Notes: generated from the sequence alone by a model not told the origin. A stretch of DNA of 64,000 nucleotides from Hamiltosporidium tvaerminnensis FI-OER-3-3 (GCA_022605425.2 CM061246.1:1-64000); one strand, 5' to 3'. Numbered from the stretch's first letter, positions 1-12,419 are shown. Program-made: numbers and translations.

Positions 1-846
1 CCCTAACCCTAACCCTAACCCTAACCCTAACCCTAACCCTAACCCTAACCTCTAACCCTAACCCTAACCCTAACCCTAACCCTAACCCTAACCCTAACCC
101 TAACCCTAACCCTAACCCTAACCCTAACCCTAACCCTAACCCTAACCCTAACCCTAACCCTAACCCTAACCCTAACCCTAACCCTAACCCTAACCCTAAC
201 CCTAACCCTAACCCTAACCCTAACCCTAACCCTAACCCTAACCCTAACCCTAACCCTAACCCTAACCCTAACCCTAACCCTAACCCTAACCCTAACCCTA
301 ACCCTAACCCTAACCCTAACCCTAACCCTAACCCTAACCCTAACCCTAACCCTAACCCTAACCCTAACCCTAACCCTAACCCTAACCCTAACCCTAACCC
401 TAACCCTAACCCTAACCCTAACCCTAACCCTAACCCTAACCCTAACCCTAACCCTAACCCTAACCCTAACCCTAACCCTAACCCTAACCCTAACCCTAAC
501 CCTAACCCTAACCCTAACCCTAACCCTAACCCTAACCCTAACCCTAACCCTAACCCTAACCCTAACCCTAACCCTAACCCTAACCCTAACCCTAACCCTA
601 ACCCTAACCCTAACCCTAACCCTAACCCTAACCCTAACCCTAACCCTAACCCTAACCCTAACCCTAACCCTAACCCTAACCCTAACCCTAACCCTAACCC
701 TAACCCTAACCCTAACCCTAACCCTAACCCTAACCCTAACCCTAACCCTAACCCTAACCCTAACCCTAACCCTAACCCTAACCCTAACCCTAACCCTAAC
801 CCTAACCCTAACCCTAACCCTAACCCTAACCCTAACCCTAACCCTA
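1..846 (-). repeat. Telomeric repeat array (TTAGGG)n, about 140 units; chromosome left end
   Basis: Uninterrupted CCCTAA repeats from base 1 to 846 with one variant unit CCTCTAA at 49-55. The C-rich strand at the 5' end of the + strand is the orientation expected at a true terminus. Confidence 0.99.
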
Positions 847-899
847 TTTTTTAAGTTTAACTATAATATGTTGGCTTTTAATTAAAGAAAAATATATTT

Positions 900-914
900 A
901 TATTGTAAACTCGT
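900..914 (+). repeat. Target-site duplication, left copy (right copy 3325-3339)
   Basis: ATATTGTAAACTCGT is identical on both sides of the element. Confidence 0.95.
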
Positions 915-3281
915 AAACTTACAACTCTTCACAAATATCTTTATGATATTGTGAAAGTTATATGTTTAGAAGGAACACCTCAAGCTGATTGGTTTTACTG
1001 CGGGCTTACGTATTTGATACCGAAAGGAATTCCACGAAGAGGCTCTGACTACAGGCCAATCACTTGTATGTCCAACCTCTATAAGTTAACGACAAAGTGT
1101 GTAACGAAAGTCGTTCAACTTGAAGTGGAAAGGCGAGGGTTGCTTGCAGAGAACCAATTAGGGGCGGTAAGAGGTGTGCAGGGAGCGAAAGAGCAGGCTC
1201 TACTGAATATTGCCTTAAATAAAGAGTATGGAAATAATCTTAAGGCAACATGGATTGATGTTAAAAAAGCTTATGATTCAATAGATCATGCTTATTTAAC
1301 TCAATGCATTGAAAACCTTAATTTACCTGATTGGATCCTGAAATTTATTGAGGTAATTATATCAAAATGGAAAATTGATATATCAGTAGGGCCTGAAAAA
1401 ATCATGAGCAAGAAGATTGATAGAGGGATTCTACAAGGAGATAGTCTGTCACCTTTGTTATTTGTGTTGTGTATGGATCCATTAAGCCGAAAGCTTAATG
1501 AAAAATACACAAAAGTGACAGTACAAACAGATGCAGAATCCCATTCTACTAATCATCTCTTGTTTATTGACGATCTTAAGCTCCTTGCAAAAGACAGCTC
1601 CACATTGAGTGCTATGACAGGCGAGGCAAAGGAATTTTTAGAGGTGATTGGCTTAGAGATTAACAAAGAGAAGTCAGCCACAAATGATACGTGTTGTGAA
1701 GATACTGCTACTCTTCTAGAAGGTGTTAGTGTTTACAAATATTTAGGAATAATAGAAGATAGCAGAGGAATCCCAACACGTAGCTCATTTGAAGAAGTAC
1801 AGAGCAAACTTATATCAAGAGTTGAAAGACTTTGTCACACTAGATTAAATGCAAAAAATTTATTTTCTGCAATCAATCAACATGCGATATCGTTAATCAA
1901 CTACCACATAGGAGTACTTCGACTTGAACCGGCTGACTTCTCTAAGTTAGATGATGCAGTGCGTGCGGTGTTGGTTAAAAATAAGATACATCTCCGCCCA
2001 GGATGTAAAGAGCGGTTGTATCTTCCTAGAACAGAACTTGGAAGAGGCCTACATAGTGTTGAGTTGCGAAGCGAACATATGCTTCTGCAACTCTTGGATT
2101 GTCTGGAAAAAAGTAAAGAAATATCAACTAGACGAGCAGCAATCCTCAAGGTGGAGAATAATAATAAAACCCATCTTGCACTAATAAAAGGCTTCTTAAA
2201 AGTAAAGTACAGGTTGGTAGAAGAAGTCACTAAGAAAAGTTTAGAAGAAGCTCAACTTGCAAAACTATATAACGAAATAGAAAAACGAAAACTCCATTCA
2301 AAGCTATATAATGCAAGAAAAAATGAGCTTGTGAGTGTTAGTGACTCTTCAAGATGGCTAAAGAGAGGAAATATTAGGCCACGAAATGAAGCTGTGTTCT
2401 GCTATATCCAGGATAGAAATGTATTCTGGGGAGCAGATGGTGTGTGTCAACATTGCGGGAAGTCTGGTAAGACTGTAGATCATCTAGCAACTAGATGTGA
2501 AAAAATGCTAGGCCATGATTACACTAGACGGCATAATGAAGTGGTTAGATGCCTACACCTTCTCCTTCTAAATAGATATAAGTTTAAGTCTTCAAAACGA
2601 ATAAGGAGCCACTCAGTTCAAGAAATTCTTGATAATGAGTATGCAGAGATAAGAGTGGACACCAGAATTAAAACTGATGTTAAAATTCGGAATAACAGAC
2701 CGGACATATTTATTTTAGATAAGAAGAAGAATAAGATAACACTCATTGAAGTAGGAATCACTTCCCAAGATTCACTTCAAATAGTTGAAACTGAAAAACT
2801 TAGGAAGTATGACCTGCTAGCCAATGAGTTGGGCCTTATTTATAAGTGTAGTGTTGAGATAATCCCTTATGTGATGACCTGGGACGGTATTGTGACAAAA
2901 TACCATAAATCTCATCTTAAAAGACTAGAAATACCCATGAATGTAGAAGCATACATTCAGTCTATAGTACTTAAAAAGACAGTCGAAACTATTTCCTTTG
3001 ATCGACGAAGAGGACTTGAGTCAGGACTAAATGCCGAAGAGAGCTGGGAGAGAGCGTCAATGGGTGTTATTATGAGATCAGAGATGCATGAGGAACCAAT
3101 ACCCCCTTTAAAAGAAGCGAAAACAGAGGAAGATGGTGCCAAAAATTTTAAACCAAAATATAAAGCCACCTTTATTTTACAAGGAGGAACCACTTTAGAG
3201 GAACCGACCAATAACATAAATGAAGAGTCGGATTTGGAAGAAGAGACAAAAGTGGTTAAAGAGGTAGAAGAAAACATGTAA
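915..3281 (+). CDS. Reverse transcriptase + CCHC knuckle + restriction-like endonuclease, N-terminally truncated, frame intact
   Basis: RT motifs LIPKG..YRPITC, NQLGA, WIDVKKAYDSIDH, GILQGDSLSPLLF, HLLFIDDLKL, YKYLG. CCHC motif CQHC...DHLATRC, RHN motif, RPDI...IEVG...EKLRKY. The frame is open from the junction at 915, so the GTG at 951 is an internal Val rather than a true start. Confidence 0.93.
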   Translation, partial: KLTTLHKYLYDIVKVICLEGTPQADWFYCGLTYLIPKGIPRRGSDYRPITCMSNLYKLTTKCVTKVVQLEVERRGLLAENQLGAVRGVQGAKEQALLNIALNKEYGNNLKATWIDVKKAYDSIDHAYLTQCIENLNLPDWILKFIEVIISKWKIDISVGPEKIMSKKIDRGILQGDSLSPLLFVLCMDPLSRKLNEKYTKVTVQTDAESHSTNHLLFIDDLKLLAKDSSTLSAMTGEAKEFLEVIGLEINKEKSATNDTCCEDTATLLEGVSVYKYLGIIEDSRGIPTRSSFEEVQSKLISRVERLCHTRLNAKNLFSAINQHAISLINYHIGVLRLEPADFSKLDDAVRAVLVKNKIHLRPGCKERLYLPRTELGRGLHSVELRSEHMLLQLLDCLEKSKEISTRRAAILKVENNNKTHLALIKGFLKVKYRLVEEVTKKSLEEAQLAKLYNEIEKRKLHSKLYNARKNELVSVSDSSRWLKRGNIRPRNEAVFCYIQDRNVFWGADGVCQHCGKSGKTVDHLATRCEKMLGHDYTRRHNEVVRCLHLLLLNRYKFKSSKRIRSHSVQEILDNEYAEIRVDTRIKTDVKIRNNRPDIFILDKKKNKITLIEVGITSQDSLQIVETEKLRKYDLLANELGLIYKCSVEIIPYVMTWDGIVTKYHKSHLKRLEIPMNVEAYIQSIVLKKTVETISFDRRRGLESGLNAEESWERASMGVIMRSEMHEEPIPPLKEAKTEEDGAKNFKPKYKATFILQGGTTLEEPTNNINEESDLEEETKVVKEVEENM

Positions 3282-3324
3282 AAATGGTAAAAAATATTTT
3301 AACCCAGAATTCTATTAAATAAAA
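915..3324 (+). mobile_element. 5'-truncated RLE-type non-LTR retrotransposon (R4/Dong-like), copy 1, recent insertion
   Basis: Flanked by a perfect 15-bp duplication ATATTGTAAACTCGT (900-914 and 3325-3339). Ends in ATTAAATAAAA. Its first bases AAACTTACAACTC match the interior of copy 2 at 34100, so about 1.4 kb of 5' sequence is missing. Confidence 0.95.
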
Positions 3325-6096
3325 ATATTGTAAACTCGTTATTTTACATCATTAGTGGTAGATTTCAGTTGCTATTTTGTCACGTAAGTTTATATTGTAT
3401 AAAATCTGTCTAGTCTTTTCTGTAATATCAACTAGTATATATTTCATATTTTATGTTCTATATGAAATTAGTATTGTTTATAGCTGTTAAGATAAATATT
3501 TCTTTTTTACAAAAAAAATTGTACCATTTCAAATTTTATTTACAATTATCGAACTTTTATTCTTTTACGTGGAAAATTTTAGTTAGGTATTTATTTTATT
3601 AATGTTTTTTTAGTTTTGAATTTTCACTTGTATAGAGTCGGTTAAGATAAAATGTATTTTAATTCTATTTTTAATTGCTTTTTTTCATATTTCTTGTTTT
3701 GTTATTTTAATTTTCTGTTTTAAATTGTTCCTATATTTTTTACATATTTCTTTTGTTATTCCTTTACCAAGTTATAATGGTTGCTCATGCAGCAGTTTTT
3801 CTAATTATAAAACAATTCTGGCTACTTTATTCTTGCTTGTTTCTAGTAAAGTAATACTTAGTTCTAAATATATTATGATTTTGCTATAGTTTGATGTAAT
3901 ATATAAATTTTATGTAATTTAATATTAATTTACCATTAAATTCTGTGATTCATATCAATATGTTATATTCGAAGGTATACGTTATTATTTTCTTCTCTTG
4001 TATGATTTTAAGGTGTTAAGTCTAATAAGCTTATAAATTTACCATAATTGGAAGTTTCTGAGTGTAAGGTATTAAGTGCTTTTTTATGGTCATTTAGAAC
4101 ATTTTAACTATTAAACCCTTAACTGATTATCTTTGAATAATATTTTTTAAAATTAGTCATAATACGTTGTGTTTGACCTAAATATGGCCGTATTAAATTT
4201 TGTGAAATTGTTTTTAAAAGCCTTCAGTATATTGATTGAAACTTTGATCATATAGGGTATTCATACATAGCTTTGGATTTCCATATAACCTCATATTAGT
4301 TACCTTTCCTAAAATTGAGCAAACCGCTTTGTATTATATATGTATTGCTTTTTGGTTTAAAAAGAATATAGAGCTAAGTAAAAGAAAGATATCGTGCGAA
4401 AAGATATTTACATTGCATGTATAATAATTTCAAGAAAATTTATTAAAAATGTAATACTATTGAATTTGTTGAAATAAAATGCTATTTTTTAGATTTATAT
4501 AGTCATTAAGTTATTTTTACTAAATTATATAATTCTATTAGAGAATTTTGAAATTTGATTCATCCCAATATATTCATATAAGAATTTCGTCTTAAACTAT
4601 TAACTCATATTCGACAAATTTAGAACATAAATTTTTATATTTGTAAAGATATTACTAAGTTTTCTATTATTTTATATTTTTATTAGACTTAAGTAATATT
4701 TTACTCTAATTATCTAAAGAATTAAATTTAAATAAATTGTATAGTACATTAATATGTCTCGAACTGATAACTTTGTTCTGATTATACTACCTCAACATTA
4801 AAACTACATTTCATTATCTGTTTCTATATTAATTGTTTGCACATTTCAATGTTTTTAATTTATGTACCCAGTTTAAATACAATTTCTATAACTATTTTAT
4901 AAAAGGTATGGTTATCTATATTTTCTTAGATTTTTTAGATCTTTGACTTTCTTATGGAAGCAATTCAGATTCACACGAAAAACAAGCCAAATAAAGAATA
5001 ATTTAGATAATATTTTAATTTGGTATAAATATAGAATGAATCTTTAATAAATATATTTAACTATAAACTAAATTAATTTAAATCATTTTTAATATTTACT
5101 TTGCTAAATAGATATAAAGTTACCTACAATTCTTTACATCATTAAGAAATACCTATACTGGTGGGAATTACAAGATATTAATATCACTTTGATATCTAAT
5201 TATATTTATAGATGGATATCAAAGCAAAAGTTTTAAACTTAGTCTTATAATTAATAGAAACAAGTATTTGTAATTCAAAAATAAAATTTCTATGATTGTG
5301 TTTGTTGGTTTAGAGATTATACTATCAAAATATCGATTTGTCTATTAAAATAAAAAAAGAAAGACAACTGACCATTAAAAATTACAAAAACTATAAATAG
5401 TGTTATATTTTTTATGTTGTGACATCTTCTACGAGTGATTCATGAATAGCTTGGTATGAAACTTAATACCTCTTTTATTTTAAAGAATTGAACCTAAATT
5501 TGAAGCCATAAAAACATATGCCACGATCAACTGATATAATTACTAGAATATTCAAAGCAGATTTTTATATCTTACGGACCTAGGCTGTTTTGGGTTGAAG
5601 ATTGGGCTTTGTAAGTTTAATTAAATGTATTCTTATTATGATTCAAACGATGGTGTCAAAAAACTTATAAATCCTGTTTAAAGTCGGAGGTACACGTTAG
5701 TGAATGAATTCACTTAGAATATATTGCTAGATAACCTACCAATATCATTAACTTTAATTGCAATTACAATAAGCTAAAGGCAGAAAGCTTTTTATGGAAC
5801 GCAATTGCTAATCTGAAGAATCGCTGTGAAGATGTATATCATAACGAAGAAAAGATAAATTAATGTCTTTAATTTGTAGGTATACTTTTTAGAAAACCAA
5901 TAACTTTTATTTACTTTTGATAAAAACACGTTATTCTGTTAAATTATTTGCCTATTTCTTGTAAAAGTATAAAAAAAATTATTTGTTCTTTTATGATATA
6001 TGATTGAAGTGTAGGCTCTAACATATAGTTGTATTATTTTTGAATAAATATGTTTTTCTGTTTTTTTTAGCAAAAAGTTTATTTATTGATTAAATT

Positions 6097-6418
6097 ACAT
6101 GTCGGTGCGCACAAATGAGACAATGCCGCCGTATACATATGGATGATGCACTTTACATCGATGAGTAGAAAAGAAGCAGACCTTGGTCCCCCACTGACTA
6201 AATGGTAAATTATGGAGGCACTAACAGCTTTTATTAAATTTATTGATAGGATTATCTTATGCTAAAGTACTAGCCCACAAAGCGCGTTCGAAATATACCG
6301 AGTCATACCGAAGTGGAGGGAGTAGATGTAGTTCTTTCGCGGGTGCTATGTTTATGGAGTTCTGGTATGTTTAGAAAACTTCAATCTTTTTAAATAAAAT
6401 TATCTATATCCAAACCCT
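6097..6418 (+). mobile_element. GC-richer island ending in the LINE 3'-terminal module; probable solo 3' stub of the APE-LINE family
   Basis: TTCTGG-TATGT-TTAGAA hairpin (6360-6376), TTTAAATAAAATT (6389-6401) and CCAAACCCT (6410-6418) have the same order and similar spacing as 62377-62435 and 63298-63354. Confidence 0.55.
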
Positions 6419-8699
6419 GCTTGAAATAAATAGAAGCTATAATTAAGTTTGGTGATGATAAATAGGTGTAAAGACATTACGAGAATATAATTGATTTGAA
6501 AAACAAAAGAGGTGTTGCAGTGGAAAAAAATTTCGAATTTAAGAAGTTCGGAACATGAAAAGATAATTAAAGCTTACTGCTACCTTAGAAAGAGACTTTA
6601 CAAACTTTCGCTGTTTTACACTAATATTATTTGTTATATACCGAAGTGTAGTATATTAACAGAAAATTATTTAAGATATTTTCCTTTGGGATTCAAAAAA
6701 AGGCAATGTAGAAAGTGAAATAATTTATTAAAGTTTGGCATTTTATTATATTTTTATTTTATTCCATCATATTTTTATTTCTTAATTTCAGAAATTTTAT
6801 TTCTCAAATTCTCATAAATTATTTCTAAACTTTTTAAATTTTTTCTACTTTTTTTTCTTAATTCTTTTTTTCTTAGATTCTATGTTTTAATTTCTTGATT
6901 TTTTCCTAAGTTTTAATTTTTTTATTTTGAAATTAATTTCTCTATAAATTTTTTTTCGTTTATAAAAAATTCTAATTTAAGTAGTTCAAATGAGACAAAA
7001 GTTATATCATACAAGTAAAAGTAAAAGTAAAAATTTAAAAATTGAAGAAATAAAGAGTTTAATGAAATATAATTAATGCTAAATTGTATTTTATTCTCTT
7101 TTTTTCTTTTATTTTACTATACCACACCAAAAAAATTATAGAAGCAATACAATTTAAGGAAATAGAAAATTAGTATTACTTTCCGCGGCACATATTCTAA
7201 TTAAAATATTTCTCCATTCTTAAAAAAAAACTTCAGAACGTTTTTTTTTTTTCTAAAATTAAGATTTCACCAAGTCAATGAAGGTTTTCTATAAAATGCC
7301 ACAACCGAAATGTATTATTTGTTCTACATATATCAAAAATTATATAAGCAGAGAAGTTGAGGTAGTGTTTTATAAATCTACTTTGTTTCTAAGTATATAT
7401 TTGGATAAAATTCTGTTTTATGTAGATATGCTTTATCACTTTGTTCCTATTGCGTTGTTCAGAGGTCTTTTACTAAATATAATCTACTTTTCTTTTCTTA
7501 AATAAATTCGGTTTGTATTTAAATGGGGTTAAAAGGATTATTTTATAATAGATTTGTAGTTAATCTATTTTTTTACGTTTTTGGTTTTTAAAAACTTTTC
7601 GTTTGTTATATGAAACCAGTAAAAATTGTAAAAAAATGCAAAAATAAAAGAAAAACTTTAATAAAATTTAAATTTTCAAATATTTTAGAAAGAAAAGAAA
7701 ATAGATTTGAATTATATTTTATTTGAAGACATTTATTTAAAAATATTAAGAATTGCTATAGCTCAAACAACTCTTCTCTGAAACTATTCTAACAAAAAAT
7801 AAGCGAAAATTTAAATTTGATGTTTTATGAGGACAAAAAGAGCGGAATGCGGAATTGGTCATCTTAAACCTTTACTTTGGGTTTGCTTGGGAATTAACAA
7901 AGGTTTTTTCCGCAATTTTAAATGTATAGTAGAACTTGTATTGAAATATCTGTGTGAGGGTGTATTGATGAAGAATTTTGAGGAAATGAAAGTGGTGCGT
8001 ATTGCAAGAATAAATGTTTTTTTAACTAAACTTAGAAATAACAGGAAGTGGGTATTATGGTCTATTCTTTTTTCTTCGTTACTTCATGGGGTTAAAATTT
8101 TAGTTCAACTAATTCTTATTTGTACTTTTATGTTTTTTTCAAAGAAAAAATAAATTGTGAATAGCATTTCTGAAGTAAGTTCAACCAGTAATTTTATTTT
8201 TAATTTCTATTTAGATGTTTTTTTTATAAACAATATATCAAAGTACGTGAAAACTTATTTTATTCAGATAAAATAAAAGAAAGTTGAATTAAAATTTTAT
8301 AAATTAAAGACTTTGCTGTTAAAAAATAAGCTTTGTATATAGCACTATTTTCTTTTTTTAAAAAATTTTATAAAAAATAATATATCAGTTATTTTTGTTT
8401 TAAAAGAAATTTGGCTGTAATGTTATTCTAAGACATACTTTTATAATTAATTCACTATAAAACATGTGCTTTGATCATTTTTTAGGTTGGTAGTAATATC
8501 ACATTAAATTTAGGTTCGATAAGAGGAAAATATTTAATTTGGTTTTCTTTTATGTCACAAATCATAAATAAAAAATTTTACTATAAGCTTTAAATACAAT
8601 ATATGTTTACGGTTCAATGGATATCGCGATACAAAAAAATTTTAATCTTAGAATGCATGAAATCTTATTAGGTTCTGATTCCTGCCGGTTCTAAGTACT

Positions 8700-11300
8700 A
8701 CTAGGATTTAGCGTCGGTTTCGAATCCAAAAAAGATTTTGCAGGTATATGTACGCTGCAAATTAATTAATATGGAAAGTTCCGAAGGATCGAAAGCTTTT
8801 GACGAAATAGAAAAACAAAGAATAAAATTGGTGATCTGGAATGGAATCAAAGGTTTTCCTATCCAAAACTAGAAAGGTGATAATTGATGAAACCCAAACT
8901 ATTATGTACATAATAAGCTTCTTTAGAATGAGCAATAAAAGTACGGGAAAAAACCCAAATCATCTTCGCACTTATTGCAGCAATTGTAGAAGATTATTTA
9001 GCAGAGAAAAGCGAAAAATATTTGCAAGGTGTTACTTAAGAGAAAAAAAGAGCCAGTAAAAGTAACAGACCCAGAAATCACTAAAAAGACAGTGGGAAAA
9101 GCTGTATAAATAATAAAGGCACCCAAAATCTATGAGAAGAATTAGGTACGGATATAATCGAAAGTAGTTACACGAGGGTGCGATCGCACAAGTTTTAACT
9201 AGGAATCTTTTTTTCAAATCAATAAATATATTTTTATATACTTTAGGGTATTAGACGGAATAGAACATTGATATATAGCCTATCTTTCAGATCCATTGAT
9301 TAATAAATTAAAATATGTGATAAATTAAGATTTTCTGAGATAAAAAATATTCGAGCCTATATAAATAATAAATTTAAAAATGATGTATTGATATTTTTAA
9401 AAGACTACCCGCGCACCTATTAAGAGAGAGTCCTGGATCAGATAATAGAAGAAACCTTATTTGCTAAACTTAAAGGAAGAATGGAAAACATTTTTAAACG
9501 AAATAAAAAAAATATAAATAAAAAGTTAAAAAAATTGAAGTGAGATTATTTAATTTTCAAGGGTAGAACTTGTGAGTTTCTGGAAAACGCTAATATAAGA
9601 ATTAGAAATATTAGATCGGGTCAAAAAATATTAATAAAATTACTTTTCACAATATTGGTCGTATTTCTAATATACAAATTTAAAAAAAATAATTTAATTA
9701 TTCAGTGTAAATAATTTTGGCATAGTAGCATCTGCTGGAAAGTGGCGCTACACGTTAGAAAATTAAAATCCAGATTATATGGTAATTGCCTGTAAGATAT
9801 CTAAAAAAAAATAATAAAACACGGTTTCTAATTCCGAGGAAATGTTGGTGTTATCGGATAAATTAATTTAATAGTATAATTAAAGATTTGACTAAATTCG
9901 GTGTTTGTATCAAGGTACAAAAATATATTTAATTTTCATTTACAAATCACGTTTAAATAATGCATTACATTTACTTAAGGCTAAAATAAGAAAATTTGCT
10001 GATATGAAGATATTAAGCTAGGAGGCTACAATCTGGAGAATGCAGTAACATTCGAATAATTTGTTCCCGACAAGCATTCGGAGTTGGGATTATATGAAAC
10101 AAAATTTGAGTCTTCTTTTTTTAAGCTCGAGAATAATGTTCTACCCTAGCATATGTACTTTTCAAAATTTAAGGTACGACCGGAACTTCATAAAATTAAA
10201 ATTTTTATTACAAACTGATAAATGTGTTTTTGAATAAAGCTAATTTTACATTAAATTCTATGTTTAATATCAATTAATTAAAAGATAAGACGCTAAAAAA
10301 ACCTTTAAGCAATAAAATTTAAGTTTTAACTTCTAGAAATGAATTCTGTTGAATAAATTACCGAATAAAGAAAAACTCGAATTATTGCAAGATATTTAAA
10401 TTGAAGCTTCGAGGAGTTTGCAAATAAAAAGACAAGTTTCTCATAAACTGCACAACCTTATCATAGCTAATTTAAAAAGAAATTGAACGAGCTGTGAGAA
10501 CGATAACTGACTTTAATTTTAAAGAAATTTAAGAGTTGATCAAAAAAATGAAAGGAAGATTAGTTATTTAGATAAAGCCAATTCTAATATTAGAATTCAA
10601 ATCTTGTTAACGATTTGGTTTCTAAAGTTGTTCCATGTAGTAAGAACGGAATGCGTGTGTTTGTAAATATATACGAAGCTTTTGGTTCAGTAGTGAGTAA
10701 CAATAATTCAGTATTCTGTTGACACTATATAAAGATAAAGTTAAAAAATTAATGACAGTCTTAATTATCAAAGCGATAAAGAAGATAGTTTAGTTAGTAT
10801 AATCTTATGTTAAATTTGAAAAGGGAAATAAAGCCACTACGGCCAATTAGTCTGGGTGATTTTAGAGAGAAAAAATGCACTTGAATAAACATGTTCATAG
10901 ATATATTTCGTTCATTTAAATAATTATTTTAATTCTTTTATTTTTTTGCGAGAAGTACCAAAGGCGTATAACTAAATACAATGACAGCAATAAAAAAGAG
11001 AAATAAATTATACGGAATCTCGCACTAATGAAAAAACTTGTAAATTGTTTGAAAAGAGCATATTTACGAAATTCGGGTTCGTTTTATAAAAGAAAAAAAC
11101 CAGTTACACACGGAATAACATAACCTTTACCAATAGCCTCCAGATAGAACATATTTTAGAAAGTAGTAGTGATATTTTCCGTAACGATCAATATGAAATC
11201 AGCTATGAAACGATCAAAAAAGAAGTTTGTAAAAGAACCTTATCTTGTATCAAGAGTTTATTCCGATGGATACTCTATTAATTGCAGAATTACTTTAGAA
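8700..11300 (+). mobile_element. Heavily decayed Ty3/gypsy LTR-retrotransposon relic; the integrase is best preserved
   Basis: Remnants in the expected order: LNEL*E (~10483, resembling ELWEID), AFGSVVSNNNSVF (~10678, SDNG-like), KAYN (10961), KKFVKEPYLVSRVYSDG (~11220-11270, GPY/F-like). No LTRs recognised. Confidence 0.45.
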
Positions 11301-11989
11301 TAAAAAATATTTATTGATAGAGTATAATCGAAAAAGAGAATGTACTACTTTTTGCAAAGAGTTACCACAAAGAACTGGGATATTCTTAAGTTTGTTCAAT
11401 ATTGTCCTTTATTATTTGATTTTCTATATCTCTTCTCATCTGAGGAATAATATATTTAGCTATGCAGAAGATCTTTTGCTTTATAGCAGTAGTTTGAAAC
11501 AGAGTAAGAAGAATATCAGATGCATTCAAAGCCCTTCATCTAATAATGCATATATTTTGAAAGCAAAGAACTACTCTTATAATTGCTGAAATGTGATTAA
11601 AATATATATTAATAATATTAGTGTTGAAAACCAATACCTTTTCAAGTATCTTAGATATTTCTTTTGTTTAAAAGGCGTTGATACGAATTTTACTGTCAGA
11701 CAACCAAGAAAAAAGGCTTTAAAAGCTGCAATTGTATTAATAAATATCTTCTGAGAAAAAAGGCGAAAATAACAGCAAAGTCTTCTAAAGTCGTGTTGAG
11801 AGGCTATGGTGGGCATGTTAGACTTATATTTGATTATCGATTGTTAATTTTCTAGGCTTATAACACGTTTTTCTTGGCAACGGAGTGAATTAAAAAAAAA
11901 GGTTGAAGTACTGTTTGAGGATATTTTATAATACACCCAGTATTTTTCCATATGCTCTACTACTATAGAAACAACTTAGCAAAGGTCAG

Positions 11990-12415
11990 TGCGTCTACTC
12001 TTTCCCTTGGCTTTATATTTATTTACGATAAAAATAAAAATATGTTTAAGGAATTAATGGAAAATAATACTAAAATTATTGTTATATTAAAACTACATAT
12101 CAATATTATTTCTATAATACTAAAGTGATTCCTAAGTAAATGTTGAAGGATTTTAAATAAGCGTGATTTCTGGGAAACAAAAGAATATTCAAGGATATCA
12201 ACATCGTGCGTTATTATGATGTAAAGAGAATTACTAATTGTGGCTTTAAGGCATTTATGGAATATGTAAGAAGACAAAATAGAATGATTTTGACGCTGTT
12301 ATTCGTTTCTTCAGAAAGAAAGACTGGAAATTACTATTTTTTATGTTGGTATCATGCTCTACTAACATGGAACGTGTCTAATTTATTTAATAATACGAGA
12401 TTTGAGTTTTAAATA
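11990..12415 (+). pseudogene. Family C paralog (short unknown protein)
   Basis: TTTAAGGCATTTATGGAATATGT (~12245) matches TTTAAAGGTTTTGTGGAATATGT (~20668). Both are followed by a TATCA(T/C)GC (Y-H-A) motif. Confidence 0.4.
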
Positions 12416-12419
12416 AAGC

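Larger units (their letters stand above)
847..6060 (-). pseudogene. Family A paralog 1 (unknown protein), interrupted by the RLE element and cut off by the telomere
   Basis: Colinear with 55480-58220, 36650-39350 and 12420-14855, for example the block TATGATTTTAAGG.GTTAA...TAAGCTTATAAA.TTTAC at ~4000, 12850, 37305 and 56200. The minus-strand frame (IPYMIKVSINILKAFKNNFTKFNTAIF; NTLHS.TSNYGKF) shows synonymous differences between copies but carries many stops and frameshifts. Confidence 0.8.

Noticed and set aside
49-55. Variant telomere unit CCTCTAA
   Set aside because: A single-base insertion near the contig end, where coverage is usually low. Cannot be told apart from sequencing error.
1301-3277. 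Antisense and alternate-frame ORFs over the retroelements (also 33015-33484, 34538-36076, 58279-59829, 63794-63997)
   Set aside because: Shadows of real coding frames with no independent motifs.
915-3324. RLE element as a telomere-specific (MoTeR-like) retrotransposon
   Set aside because: Its TSD is non-telomeric sequence, it ends in an A-rich tail, and the second copy lies 32 kb inside.
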